Assembly (NCBI GenBank): GCA_002269645.1
Contig: NIVC01003861.1
Span: 1 to 35,972 of the forward strand
Source: Macrostomum lignano
Lineage: Eukaryota
Length of the DNA: 35,972 bases
Direction of reading: 5' to 3'
Shown here: positions 12,901 to 23,900 of the stretch, piece after piece
Layout: the number at the start of each line of letters is the position of its first letter
How positions within the stretch are numbered: position 1 is the stretch's first letter
Made by a program: the position numbers and the translations under genes
Notes under the pieces: generated by a model
Seen by the model: the letters and a program-made list of their open reading frames with translations, nothing else
The model's database searches: none
What the model was told of the DNA's origin: nothing

Positions 12901-14607
12901 GCTGCAACAGTTCGGCTGCCCCAGTCCACCCAAAGATAACTTTTAGCTGACGAGTCATTTGACGACTTGAATGCAGCTATAGTTACTCCCGCCGTTTACT
13001 CCAATAGAAATTAACTGCTACCTTTAAGAAGCGCCCTAACCTGGCTTCTGAGGGTTCATCAACTGCCCCGCCGCGCCTGTGAATTAGCGACCCGTCATTC
13101 ACGCCCTGGCGGGCCCATATTTGGGATGGCCTTCCCTCTGTCTCCCTTGCTGCTGCACGCGGCGATGATGCAGCCTTATAAACACATTGATATTACTTGT
13201 AGGTGGGCTGGGTAAAGAGGGGATTCGAGGCCCAAATCATGTGGAATACTTGATAGCGGGCCAGCAGCCCCAGCAGCTCCACTGGTCCAATTTGTTACAC
13301 TGGAATCAGCCGCTGCAATCTGCCCAGATTGTAATCTGGCCGGTTCGCTGCGCTTCCAGTGTCCGATAGCGCACGCGGCACGCTTGCTAAGCAGGAGGCT
13401 TTGCTGGCCGGCCGCAGTGATAGCTGGAAATGCCACCGCCGCTGCCTCCCTTGCTGACCGGCTGCGGCCTGTGCAGTTAATGCCCGGGATTGTAATGCGT
13501 TGTCAAGAGCCTTGAAGGGGAGAGTTCGGCCGCCACCCTCCCAGATTCCCATCTCTCTGTTAGCTACAGCCGCAGCCGCAATGCCGCACCGTCCCCTCCG
13601 CCCAACCCAGGACTGCCCGAAGCTGAAGTCGCTGAGCTCCGACGTGGCGGCCAACGCTGCCAGCTACAGCCGCAGCCAGCCGGTGTCTCAGCGGGTCATT
13701 TTTTACCTGCGCGACTACCGAAGGCAGGCGATGCGCTTCGCCCCCAAACCGCTGCGGCCGGCGATCCAGCAGGCGGTGGCCGAGGCGCTGCTGGCCATGA
13801 AGAAGGAGCTGGTGAGCGCCGAACACTCGCGAAGAAGTTCTTGAACCCTTCATGAATCGCTCTCCAGGCACCCTTCATGAATCGCCCTCCAGACAGCCCT
13901 AATGAATCTCCCTCCAGACAGCCCTAATGAATCTCCCTCCAGACAGCCCTAATGAATCTCCCTCCAGACAGCCCTAATGAATCGCCCTCCAGACAGCCCT
14001 AATGAATCTCCCTCCAGACAGCCCTAATGAATCGCCCTCCAGACAGCCCTAATGAATCTCCCTCCAGATAGCCCTAATGAATCGCCCTCCAGATAGCCCT
14101 AATGAATCGCCTTCCAGATAGCCCTAATGAATCGCCTTCCAGATAGCCCTAATGAATCGCCTTCCAGATAGCCCTAATGAATCGCCCTCCAGACAGCCCT
14201 AATGAATCGCCCTCCAGATAGCCCTAATGAATCGCCCTCCAGATAACCCTAATGAATCGCCCTCCAGACAGCCCTATAATAAATCGCCTTCCAGATAGCC
14301 CTAATGAATCGCCTTCCAGATAGCCCTAATGAATCGCCCTCCAGACAACCCTGCTCGAACCGCCTGCCCATCGCTCACCCACCCTCGTCAGGGCAGTCGC
14401 GAGTTCCGCCGCCGCAGCCGCCGCAGCCGGCAGGAGCTGGTCTCTCCGGCCGCACTTCACTTCGCAGACTTGCTGGACTCCAGCGGCGTAGCCCGTCCGG
14501 CCCGACCGCAGCCGGACAGCGACCTGGCCAAACTAAGCGACCTGTTGGACGAGCCGGACTACCAGCTGCTGGACCTGATGGCGCACCTGGCCAGCCAGCC
14601 CTTTTGA
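6945..14607 (+). CDS. Multi-exon uncharacterised protein (Gly-rich N-terminus, Ig-like/beta-sandwich segments, alpha/beta region); exons 6945-7588, 8790-8933, 9269-9373, 9821-10138, 10806-11579, 12000-12224, 13611-13811, 14392-14607(stop)
   Basis: All junctions are GT-AG and splice in phase 0 into one frame: GGNGGCGGPGGNGGNGGRLLITADNPCLLMLVEADLRGG...GYVIWSVIDP...RYDVVVEQYEV...VVVTNVRLRNRGGMALP...TFTLPK|LEPNEQY...RQFTG|VGCTRKVRIRHPVVL...VNIE|VTNQS...VELYM|HGKLVEY...PWAQ|LYLICL...SDSMR|DCPKL...MKKEL|GSREF...ASQPF*. One missing base near 7238 (GTC CC[C] GGC TCT GCC GGG GTG). Strong GC3 bias. Confidence 0.85.
8250..8732. repeat. 31-nt intronic minisatellite (CCTGACCTAAACCTTCTGACACCCAGCCTGG), ~15 copies
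   Basis: Direct tandem repeats in intron 7589-8789. Confidence 0.95.
8960..9042. repeat. 21-nt intronic repeat (TGCATTCCCTACACCTCTCCC), 4 copies
   Basis: Direct tandem repeats in intron 8934-9268. Confidence 0.93.
9399..9713. repeat. 21-nt intronic minisatellite (GTGAGCTCATTCTACYCGTGT), ~15 copies
   Basis: Direct tandem repeats in intron 9374-9820; source of the CELIL/MSSHT repeat ORFs. Confidence 0.95.
10164..10666. repeat. 42-nt intronic minisatellite (GATGTGGTGTCTGCACCTGTGTCTACAGGTGTTGGGATTGAG), ~12 copies
   Basis: Direct tandem repeats in intron 10139-10805. Confidence 0.95.
11655..11878 (+). mobile_element. 5'-truncated SINE-like fragment with CORE(MIR)-like central domain and (ATT)n tail
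   Basis: 11655-11716 CTGTGTCCTTGAGTAGGATACTCAACTCTGCATTGCTTCAGTTCACCCGGCTGTAAAATGGG resembles the MIR/CORE consensus as I recall it (CTGTGTGACCTTGGGCAAGTTACTTAACCTCT...CCTCAGTTTCCTCATCTGTAAAATGGG). ATTATTATT at ~11868-11876. No recognisable tRNA head. Confidence 0.6.
12272..12585. repeat. 31-nt intronic minisatellite (CTGCTGTGCCTGTYTGTGTGGATCCGTGTGT), ~10 copies
   Basis: Direct tandem repeats in intron 12225-13610. Confidence 0.95.
13845..14347. repeat. 25-nt intronic minisatellite (AATGAATCGCCCTCCAGAYAGCCCT), ~20 copies
   Basis: Direct tandem repeats in intron 13812-14391. Confidence 0.95.
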
Positions 14608-14671
14608 CCTGCTGGGCAGTCAAGCCAACCTGGCAATCTAGCAGGCTGGATAGACTAACGATCCGCTGATT

Positions 14672-14938
14672 TCTGAGACACCTGGTTTTTGAGACACCTG
14701 GTCTCTGAGACACCTGGTCTCTGAGACACCTGGTTTTTTAGACACCTGGTCTCTGAGACACCTGGTTTTTTAGACACCTGGTCTCTGAGACACCTGGTTT
14801 TTGAGACATCTGGTTTTTGAGACATCTGGTTTCTGAGACACCTGGTTTTTGAGACACCTGGTTTCTGAGACACCTGGTTTCTGAGACACCTGGTTTTTGA
14901 GATACCTGGTTTTCTGAGACACCTGGTTTCTGAGACAA
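14672..14938. repeat. 16-nt minisatellite (TGAGACACCTGGTTTY), ~16 copies
   Basis: Direct tandem repeats starting ~65 nt after the stop at 14607. Confidence 0.95.
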
Positions 14939-15356
14939 CTGTATCCGCCATCAACCAGCCATTTGCTCTGCCTTCTCTGCATCCAGCCGACTTCAAGACC
15001 CATCCACTATTGTTCAGCACTGGAACTGCTTCGCCGCCTCGCTCTCATCCATCCGCCTGTCTCAGCCTGAGATCCCATTTAATGGGCCAGAGCCGCGCAC
15101 TGTTATTGAGGAGTGGGGGTCAACCGAGGACCACCACTACGGCATTTAATCACTGACTGAACTCTTTTTTGCACTTTTACAATTTTTTTCGCGCTTGGGC
15201 GATTCGAACGCATCCGTCTGCGAGCCATGACCCCCCCATCTCAGAGTTGCCCTCTCCGCTTTTGCCTGTTGCTTTTGCAACTGGTCTGATGCAACTGTTT
15301 CATGCGAGCAACGGGATCTTCTGACTGCGGCTTTTACTTGCGTACCACTGGTGATG

Positions 15357-16095
15357 CGCCCTGCTCTTCCCCTGCTCTCCCCCTGCTCTCCCCCTGCTCT
15401 CCCCCTGCTCTCCCCCTGCTCTCCCCCTGACCATCTCCCCACTCTCCCCTGCCCATCTCCCCACTCTCCCCTGACCATCTCCCCACTCTCCCCTGCCCAT
15501 ATCCCCACTCTCCCCTGCCCATATCCCCACTCTCCCCTGCCCATCTCCCCACTCTCCCCTGCCCATATCCCCACTCTCCCCTGCCCATATCCCCACTCTC
15601 CCCTGCCCATCTCCCCACTCTCCCCTGCCCATATCCCCACTCTCCCCTGCCCATCTCCCCACTCTCCCCTGCCCATATCCCCACTCTCCCCTGCCCATCT
15701 CCCCACTCTCCCCTGACCATCTCCCCACTCTCCCCTGCCCATATCCCCACTCTCCCCTGCCCATCTCCCCACTCTCTCCTGACCATCTCTCCACTCTCCC
15801 CTGCCCATCTCCCCACTCTCCCCTGCCCATCTACCCACTCTCCCCTGACCATCTCCCCACTCTCCCCTGCCCATCTCCCCACTCTCCCCTGCCCATCTCC
15901 CCACTCTCCCCTGACCATCTCCCCACTCTCCCCTGCCCATATCCCCACTCTCCCCTGCCCATCTCCCCACTCTCTCCTGACCATCTCTCCACTCTCCCCT
16001 GCCCATCTCCCCACTCTCCCCTGCCCATCTCCCCACTCTCCCCTGACCATCTCCCCACTCTCCCCTGCCCATCTCCCCACTCTCCCCTGCCCATC
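15357..16095. repeat. 22-nt pyrimidine-rich minisatellite (CCCCACTCTCCCCTGCCCATMT), ~30 copies, preceded by shorter CCCTGCTCTCC-type units
   Basis: Direct tandem repeats; source of the GRGEWGDGQG repeat ORFs. Confidence 0.95.
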
Positions 16096-16814
16096 TCCCT
16101 GCTCTCCCTGCCCCAACTGCCCAGTGGCTCCAGTTTCTCTCATTCGACGGGTTGCCTGTCAGCCTGAGGCCGCTCCGCCTGCCGCTCTCCTAGTCATGCC
16201 GCCACAGCCTCCATTCTGTGTTTTCCATCGCCCCATGCCTGTTTACCGCGTTTTTCTCATTTATTAGTGTACTTTTACATGCACAGTGAAGCTCTGGTCC
16301 CAGCCTCCGCTGCCTTCCTCGCCTCATCGCCCTATCGCCAGCCCGAGATGATGCTGGAGTCTGGGCGATCTCTGCTATTGTGATGCCTTCGATATTGCTT
16401 GCAAGTATTTTATAGAGCAGCCGCTGCCCCAGCCAGCGAGCTCTGTCAGTTTTTAGAGAATCTCTAGTCGGTTCAAATATATGCCGTTATTATTACTATT
16501 TATATATTCATAACTTAGATTCTGGTTGCTAAGCGGATGTTACTGTCTGCTGCCGAATGTGCTTTGCCGGTGACGAGTCTTGCTGAAAAGGCCTTGATTT
16601 ACTTTAATCAGGCGCATTTGAGAACTTGCTCAACTCTTAGTCGTTCGCTCGCTGGAGATCACGGGTTCAGTTGCATCTAATTAATTATTAATTAGTGCCA
16701 ACTTGATCAGCGTGCCATGTGGTGAACGCCTTACCTATAGTGGGGAGGCTCTTCACTGGCGTCACTGCCTGGCAAACTGGATTTTAATCTTTAGTTGGAA
16801 TTTTTAGTATTTAG

Positions 16815-17350
16815 ATTGTGAGATCTCAGACCGGCTGTCTCACTGTAGGGTGAGATCTCAAACCGGCTGTCTCACTGAAGAATGGGATCTCAGACTGGCT
16901 TTCTCACTGTACGGTGAGATTTCAGACCGGCTTTCTCACTGTAGAGTGAGATCTCAGACCAGCTTTCTCACTGTACATGTAGGATCGAGATCTCAGACTG
17001 GCTTTCTCACTGTATATGTACGATCGAGATCTCAGACTGGCTTTCTCACTGTAGAGTGAGATCTCAAATCGGCTTTCTCACTCTAGGGTGAGATCTCAGA
17101 CCGGCTTTCTCATTGTAGGGGGAGATCTCAGACCGGCTTTCTCACTGTAGGGTGAGATCTCAAACCGGCTTTCTCACTGTAGGATGAGCTCCAGATCAAT
17201 TCTCTCGCTTCAGGGTGAGTTCATAGACAAGTTCTCTCGCTTCAAGGTGAGATCTCAGACCAGTTCTCTCATTGCATGTTGAGGTCTCAGACCAGTTCTC
17301 TCGCTTTCGTGTGAGATCTTAAACCAGTTCTGTTACTGTAGGGTGAGGCT
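16815..17350. repeat. ~32-nt degenerate minisatellite (GAGATCTCAGACCGGCTTTCTCACTGTAGGGT), ~16 copies
   Basis: Tandem repeats containing the palindrome TGAGATCTCA, diverging toward 17350. Confidence 0.9.
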
Positions 17351-17699
17351 CAGACCAATATTTTTACTTGAATTGCTATCTTTAAAAAAGCAATTCGTGA
17401 GCAGTTGGAATATTTGAATAAACATATTGCACTTCATGTCTAGCAAAGCAGCTTGTAAAAACCTGTGCTATATAAATAATCTGTAAGTGTATCAATGTAT
17501 TTGTAATCACATGCCTACGCGGTTGGGGCGGCTCCGCCATGCAATCTGTGGAATACAATGAATAATTTATAGCTCCAAGTTAAGCATGAGAATGTGGGCT
17601 GTGCGAGAGCCGCAGAATGCACTGGCTAGATAGGAGTTTTAAGTTTGCAATGAAACTAAAATACACAGATAAGAACCGCTGTAATAAGTAGAGAAATAG

Positions 17700-17823
17700 A
17701 GGCAGTTCTGCCCATTCCGCGGAAGCCTGAGCACACGCAAGCGCGCCAATACTGACCGCAGGCACGCACTCACACAGGGTGTACAGCAGCCCGACTTTCT
17801 AATGGTTCAGGCATGTACACTCT
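17700..17823. repeat. Dispersed ~122-bp element, copy A (copy B at 29680-29800)
   Basis: Shares AGGCAGTTCTGYCCATTCCGC, GAGCACAC, CAGGGTGTACA, GACTTTC and GCATGTACACTCT in the same order with copy B. Confidence 0.8.
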
Positions 17824-17993
17824 GCACTCTGCAGCCTCCAGTGACCTCAGCAGTACTTTCTATCTTGCTCATGACATGCTATTGTTGCTGATGAATTAAT
17901 AAATACAATAAATATTTGTGGCTGGGAAAATTTCTAAATCCTGACTTCATTTATGGGATTTTTTGCCGCCCATGGAAGCTGAGCGCTTCGCCA

Positions 17994-20900
17994 TCACTTC
18001 TTCTCGTCCGGATGCAGCAGCCGGTGCCAGCGGCTCACCAGCTCCCCGCGGGCCTCCAGCATGTCGTGCCAGTGGGCCGCCTCCTCCTCACCGCTGCTGT
18101 TGCGGCCTGTGTTGGCAGGGGCACCGGTTGCCATGGGGATTAATGACAGTGATGGATTGATGACAGTGATGGATTGATGACAGTGATGGATTGATGACAG
18201 TGATGGATTGATGACAGTGATGGATTGATGACAGTGATGGATTGATGACAGTGATGGATTGATGACAGTGATGGATTGATGACAGTGATGGATTGATGAC
18301 AGTGATGGATTGATGACAGTGATGGATTGATGACAGTGATGGATTGATGACAGTGATGGATTGATGACAGTGATGGATTGATGACAGTGATGGATTGATG
18401 ACAGTGATGGATTGATGACAGTGATGGATTGATGACAGTGATGGATTGATGACAGTGATGGATTGATGACAGTGATGGATTGATGACAGTGATGGATTGA
18501 TGACAGTGATGGATTGATGACAGTGATGGATTGATGACAGTGATGGATTGATGACAGTGATGGATTGATGACAGTGATGGATTGATGACAGTGATGGATT
18601 GATGACAGTGATGGATTGATGACAGTGATGGATTGATGACAGTGATGGATTGATGACAGTGATGGATTGATGACAGTGATGGATTGATGACAGTGATGGA
18701 TTGATGACAGTGATGGATTGATGACAGTGATGGATTGATGACAGTGCTCAGTTGCTAGAAATTAATATTTCTAGCCTTTACTTTTAATTAAATTTTGATT
18801 AAAGCTTGCATTCCAAGGCTGCAGTTGTTCCGCATACTACTTATACCCGCAGCTGAGTAGTATCTCTGGAGCCCGGCTCACCAATGGCAAACCATCCGAT
18901 CATTTCTCGCCGTTTGATTGACCTTTTGGCGTAGATCGACAGCACGGCCGTGACGTCGGCTAGCTGGAATCTGTTGATGGGGAACATGAAGCTTTCCTTC
19001 CAGGTGGGGTTCGGGGTGGCGTTCGCGAAGGACGTCTTCGACTTGAACAGGATTTGCGAGGTGGACGCCATGAGAGCGAGCTTCACGCTGGTCTCTGCAA
19101 GTGGCGGGTGCGGGTGGGTCGGATTTTAGGGGTGGCAGATTGATCACAGTGACAGATCGATTGGCAGATTGATCACAGTGACAGATTGATCTCAGTGACA
19201 GATTGATCACAGTGACAGATTGATCACAGTGACAGATTGATCACAATGACAGATTGATTGGCAGATTGATCACAGTGGCAGAATGATTGGCAGTTTGATC
19301 ACAGTGGCAGATTGATTGGCAGTTTGATCACAGTGGCAGATTGATTGGTAGATTGATCACAGTGACAGATTGATCACAATGGCAGATTGATTAGCAGATT
19401 GATCACAATGGCAGATTGATTGGCAGATTGACCACAGTAGCAGATTGATCACAATGGCAGATTGACCACAGTAGCATATTGATAACAATGGCAGATTGAC
19501 CACAGTAGCAGATTGATCACAATGGCAGATTGATTAGCAGATTGATCACAATGGCAGATTGATTGGCAGATTGACCACAGTAGCAGATTGATCACAATGG
19601 CAGATTGATTAGCAGATTGATCACAATGGCAGATTGATTGGCAGATTGACCACAGTAGCAGATTGATAACAATGGCAGATTGACCACAGTAGCAGATTGA
19701 TCACAATGGCAGATTGATTAGCAGATTGATCACAATGGCAGATTGATTGGCAGATTGACCACAGTAGCAGATTGATCACAATGGCAGATTGATTAGCAGA
19801 TTGATCACAATGGCAGATTGATTGGCAGATTGACCACAGTAGCAGATTGATCACAGTGACAGATTGATTGACAGATTGACCACAGTGACAGATTGATCAC
19901 AATGGCAGATTGATTAGCAGATTGATCACAATGGCAGATTGATTGGCAGATTGACCACAGTAGCAGATTGATCACAATGGCAGATTGATTAGCAGATTGA
20001 TCACAATGGCAGATTGATTAGCAGATTGATCACAATGGCAGATTGATTGGCAGATTGACCACAGTAGCAGATTGATCACAATGGCAGATTGACCACAGTA
20101 GCATATTGATAACAATGGCAGATTGACCACAGTAGCAGATTGATCACAATGGCAGATTGATTAGCAGATTGATCACAATGGCAGATTGATTGGCAGATTG
20201 ACCACAGTAGCAGATTGATCACAATGGCAGATTGATTAGCAGATTGATCACAATGGCAGATTGATTGGCAGATTGACCACAGTAGCAGATTGATAACAAT
20301 GGCAGATTGACCACAGTAGCAGATTGATCACAATGGCAGATTGATTAGCAGATTGATCACAATGGCAGATTGATTGGCAGATTGACCACAGTAGCAGATT
20401 GATCACAATGGCAGATTGATTAGCAGATTGATCACAATGGCAGATTGATTGGCAGATTGACCACAGTAGCAGATTGATCACAGTGACAGATTGATTGACA
20501 GATTGACCACAGTGACAGATTGATCACAATGGCAGATTGATTAGCAGATTGATCACAATGGCAGATTGATTGGCAGATTGACCACAGTAGCAGATTGATC
20601 ACAATGGCAGATTGATTAGCAGATTGATCACAGTGACAGATTGATTGGCAGATTGACCACAGTAGCAGATTGATCACAATGGCAGATTGATTAGCAGATT
20701 GATCACAGTGACAGATTGATTGGCAGATTGACCACAGTGACAGATTGATCACAGCTAAATTCTCACCAGGCGCTTTTGAGCTGCCCGGCAACCGGAAGCC
20801 GCTGCCCTTCATCACCTCGACGGCAAGCTGGCCGGTCTTGGCGTTGTAGCCGAGGCCGAGGAACAGCTCGGCGGAGCCCATCACGGAGATGCAGCTGCCG

Positions 20901-23900
20901 GCCTGCGTGCTGGAAGCCTCGGAGAAGCCGGTGTCGGAGCCCTGGAAGGTGGCAATGGATGGGAAATGTACAGCTAATGTTTTTGGCTGATTGACAGTAA
21001 ATGCTCAAGGGGGAAGCTGCGAGGGTCAAAGCCATAGAAATGCGTGAGCCATTCGCTCAGTACACCAGTTATTGAGTCTGCGAACCGGACCTGGGAAGAA
21101 CTTGAGTCAGTCATATCGAGTAGTCTTGCTCGGCCTGTCCTGAGTATCGTTTTCAATTCCCCAGTTGTTGGGAGGAAAACTGTTATTTATTCCAGTAGCT
21201 AGCTGGTTTCCGGGCCGGCGGGGCCAATGGAATTCCAGCATGGCGCTGCAGTTCTCTAAAGCGAGCTCGGCCTGTTGCGCATGGCGAGCCCCCCCCCCCC
21301 CGCAGAGTCCCGTCCTCGGTCTAATGCAATTCTTCCTTTAAAAGTGCATCAAAAGGGCGGCAGGCGAACCCGGGGGCTCTAAGCAAATTAGGGATTTGAA
21401 CAGGCAAAGGGGAAGAGTAGAGAGGATGATGGAGATGAGGCTGGGCTGATGCTGCTGGAGCTTGTTGTGTGTTTGCATGTATTAGGAGTATTCGCGCTTG
21501 GCGAGACTGTGGGCGCAGCCACACCCCTTTACAAGTATTTGAGTTTGTCCATTGACAATAATGTAGCTGACTGCATGTGAGATAACAGTCAGCAGCTGAG
21601 AGCATCGGCTATGCAGTTATGCTCTGCGCGTGACCAGCGGCCATCTGCATGGGCGATTGCTGCTCCCCCCCCAATTATCGATTAATTATTCGGCCATTTA
21701 GCCGCATGACTTGTTGCCCCCCCTCCCCAGTAAAAACTGCCCGGCGACCGCCCGGAGTCGCAGATGGAATTTAACGATCCCCGCGCCAGGCCGACAGGCG
21801 CGCAGCTATCACGTGATTCAGCTGTGCACTTTTAATCTGAGATTGCACTCTTGCTGTTGGTGAGGATGCAGGCGTAGAAGGGGATACTCATGAAACGCAT
21901 GTATTCGGGAAACTTTTGCAGTCCTGACGCAACGTTTGGCGCCCCTGTTGATTGTTTGGCGCCCCTAATGCTTGCTTGGCGCCCCTGTTGATTTCTTGGC
22001 GCCCCTGATCATTGCTTGGCGCCCCTGTTGATTTCTTGGCGCCCCTGATGATTGTTTGGCGCCCCTGATGATTGCTTGACGCCCCTGATGATTGCTTGAC
22101 GCCCCTGATGATTACTTGGCGCCCCTGTTGATTTCTTGGCGCCCCTGATCATTGCTTGGCGCCCCTGTTGATTTCTTGGCGCCCCTGATGATTGTTTGGC
22201 GCCCCTGATGATTGCTTGGCGCCCCTGATGATTGCTTGGCGCCCCTGACGCAAACCTGGCACCCAAACTCCGCTGAAGCCGCTACGAGCTTCCCTTTCCT
22301 CGGAGTCTCGGCCCGCCCCTCCCCCCCCCCCTACTTACCACGTGAGACCTCGGCCCGCTGCAGGGCAGCAGCGGCAGCTGCAGCGTCTCCTCCGTGCCGG
22401 CCGCTTCGGCCGGGGCTCCGGCGGCGGCGGGCGAGTCGGCCAGGGAGGCAAGCGCCAGGGTGCACTCCCCGATCAGCAGCTTCCGGCGCTTCCGCTCGCA
22501 GCCGTAGGCGCGGAACCGGACGGCCAGGCGGGACAGTTCGCCTGCGGGGTTGGAAAGGCCGCGGTGAAATGCTGGGAGAAATAATTTAGATAGTGCACAC
22601 GCTAAACTCGCTACTTATCTGAGCCTATCAGTAGCATACGTAGAAACTTTTTATTCGATTGAATTTCAGTGCACTGGGAAGGTAGCGAGTTTTCAGCTCG
22701 AACTTTCGCTATGTACTTTGATTTACGAGTATATTATCTGCAGGTGCAAGAGAAATTCTGTTGGCAGGCTTGCTAAATTATTGATTGGCTCCTCTTAACT
22801 CCCCTTTGACGCATTGATCCGGCTTGCGGAATGCCAGGACTTCGAATCTGAGTTGGGAGTTTATAACTCCTTCATCGACTGCTTGAGCTCTCTATCGGGA
22901 ATTGGAAAGCTCACTTTTTAAATTGTTTGCCGAGTAATTTGCTTGTCAAATGTCACAATGTACTTTTCGCAAGCGCAAGCAAGCCGTAGATCTTCTTTGG
23001 CGCGTCAGTAAAGTTTGTCAGATTGATTGAGCTGTCGTTATACACTACGCCCAGCAACCAACTCACTCCTCACTATTTTACCATAGCAACCTGCCTAACA
23101 ACCAACTCACTCCTCCCCTATTTTACCATAACAACCTGCTCAGCAAACAACTCACTCCTCCCTATTCTACCATAGCAACCTGCCTAGCAACCAACTCACT
23201 CCTCCCTATTTTAACATAGCAACCTGCCCAGCAACCATCTCACTCCTCCCTATTTTACCATAGCAACCCAGCAACCAACTCACTCCTCCCTATTTTACCA
23301 TAGCAACCCAGCAACCAACTCACTCCTCCCTATTTTACCATAGCAACCCAGCAACCAACTCACTCCTCCCTATTTTACCATAGCAACCCAGCAACCAACT
23401 CACTCCTCCCTATTTTACCATAGCAACCCAGCAACCAACTCACTCCTCCCTATTTTACCATAGCAACCTGCCTAGCAACCAACTCACTCGCGTAGATTCC
23501 AGAGAACACGAAGCTCTCGCCGAAGGCTGGAGACTCGCCCTTGACCATCTCAGTCTGGTGGCGCTGCTTCCTGGCCGGCAGCAGGGCCAGCGACACCAGC
23601 ACGGAGTTCCACCGGCCCGACAGGTCGACGGCGCCAACTGGTCGAAGGTCCAGGGTTCGAATCACACGGACCACAACCTGACGGTCGGCGCACTCGTACC
23701 GAATGCCAACGTCAAGAGCTCCGACTGGCCGGGGACCGGGCGGAGGGGCCCACGCGGGTTGCTGGGTTTGGTGTTTTAGAACAGGTAAGTAAACCGGTAT
23801 TCGGACAGGTAAGTGAACCGGTACTTGGACAGGTAAGTGAAACGGTATTCGGACAGGTAATTAAACCGTTATTCCGACACAAAAGTGAAATATTTCAGAT

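Noticed and set aside
136-14607. Calling the Gly-rich gene or the nested ORF pseudogenes
   Set aside because: No in-frame stops after single-base correction, intact splice sites and strong codon bias; indels cluster where the nearby array also shows read-type errors.
96-14713. Many minus-strand ORFs overlapping the + strand exons (e.g. 96-380, 2295-2684, 3117-3620, 9788-10111, 10800-11405)
   Set aside because: Antisense shadows of GC3-rich coding sequence; codon bias and splice sites support the + frames.
21805-21830. ATCACGTGAT palindrome plus CAGCTG E-box cluster
   Set aside because: Short motifs expected by chance; no independent support for a regulatory call.
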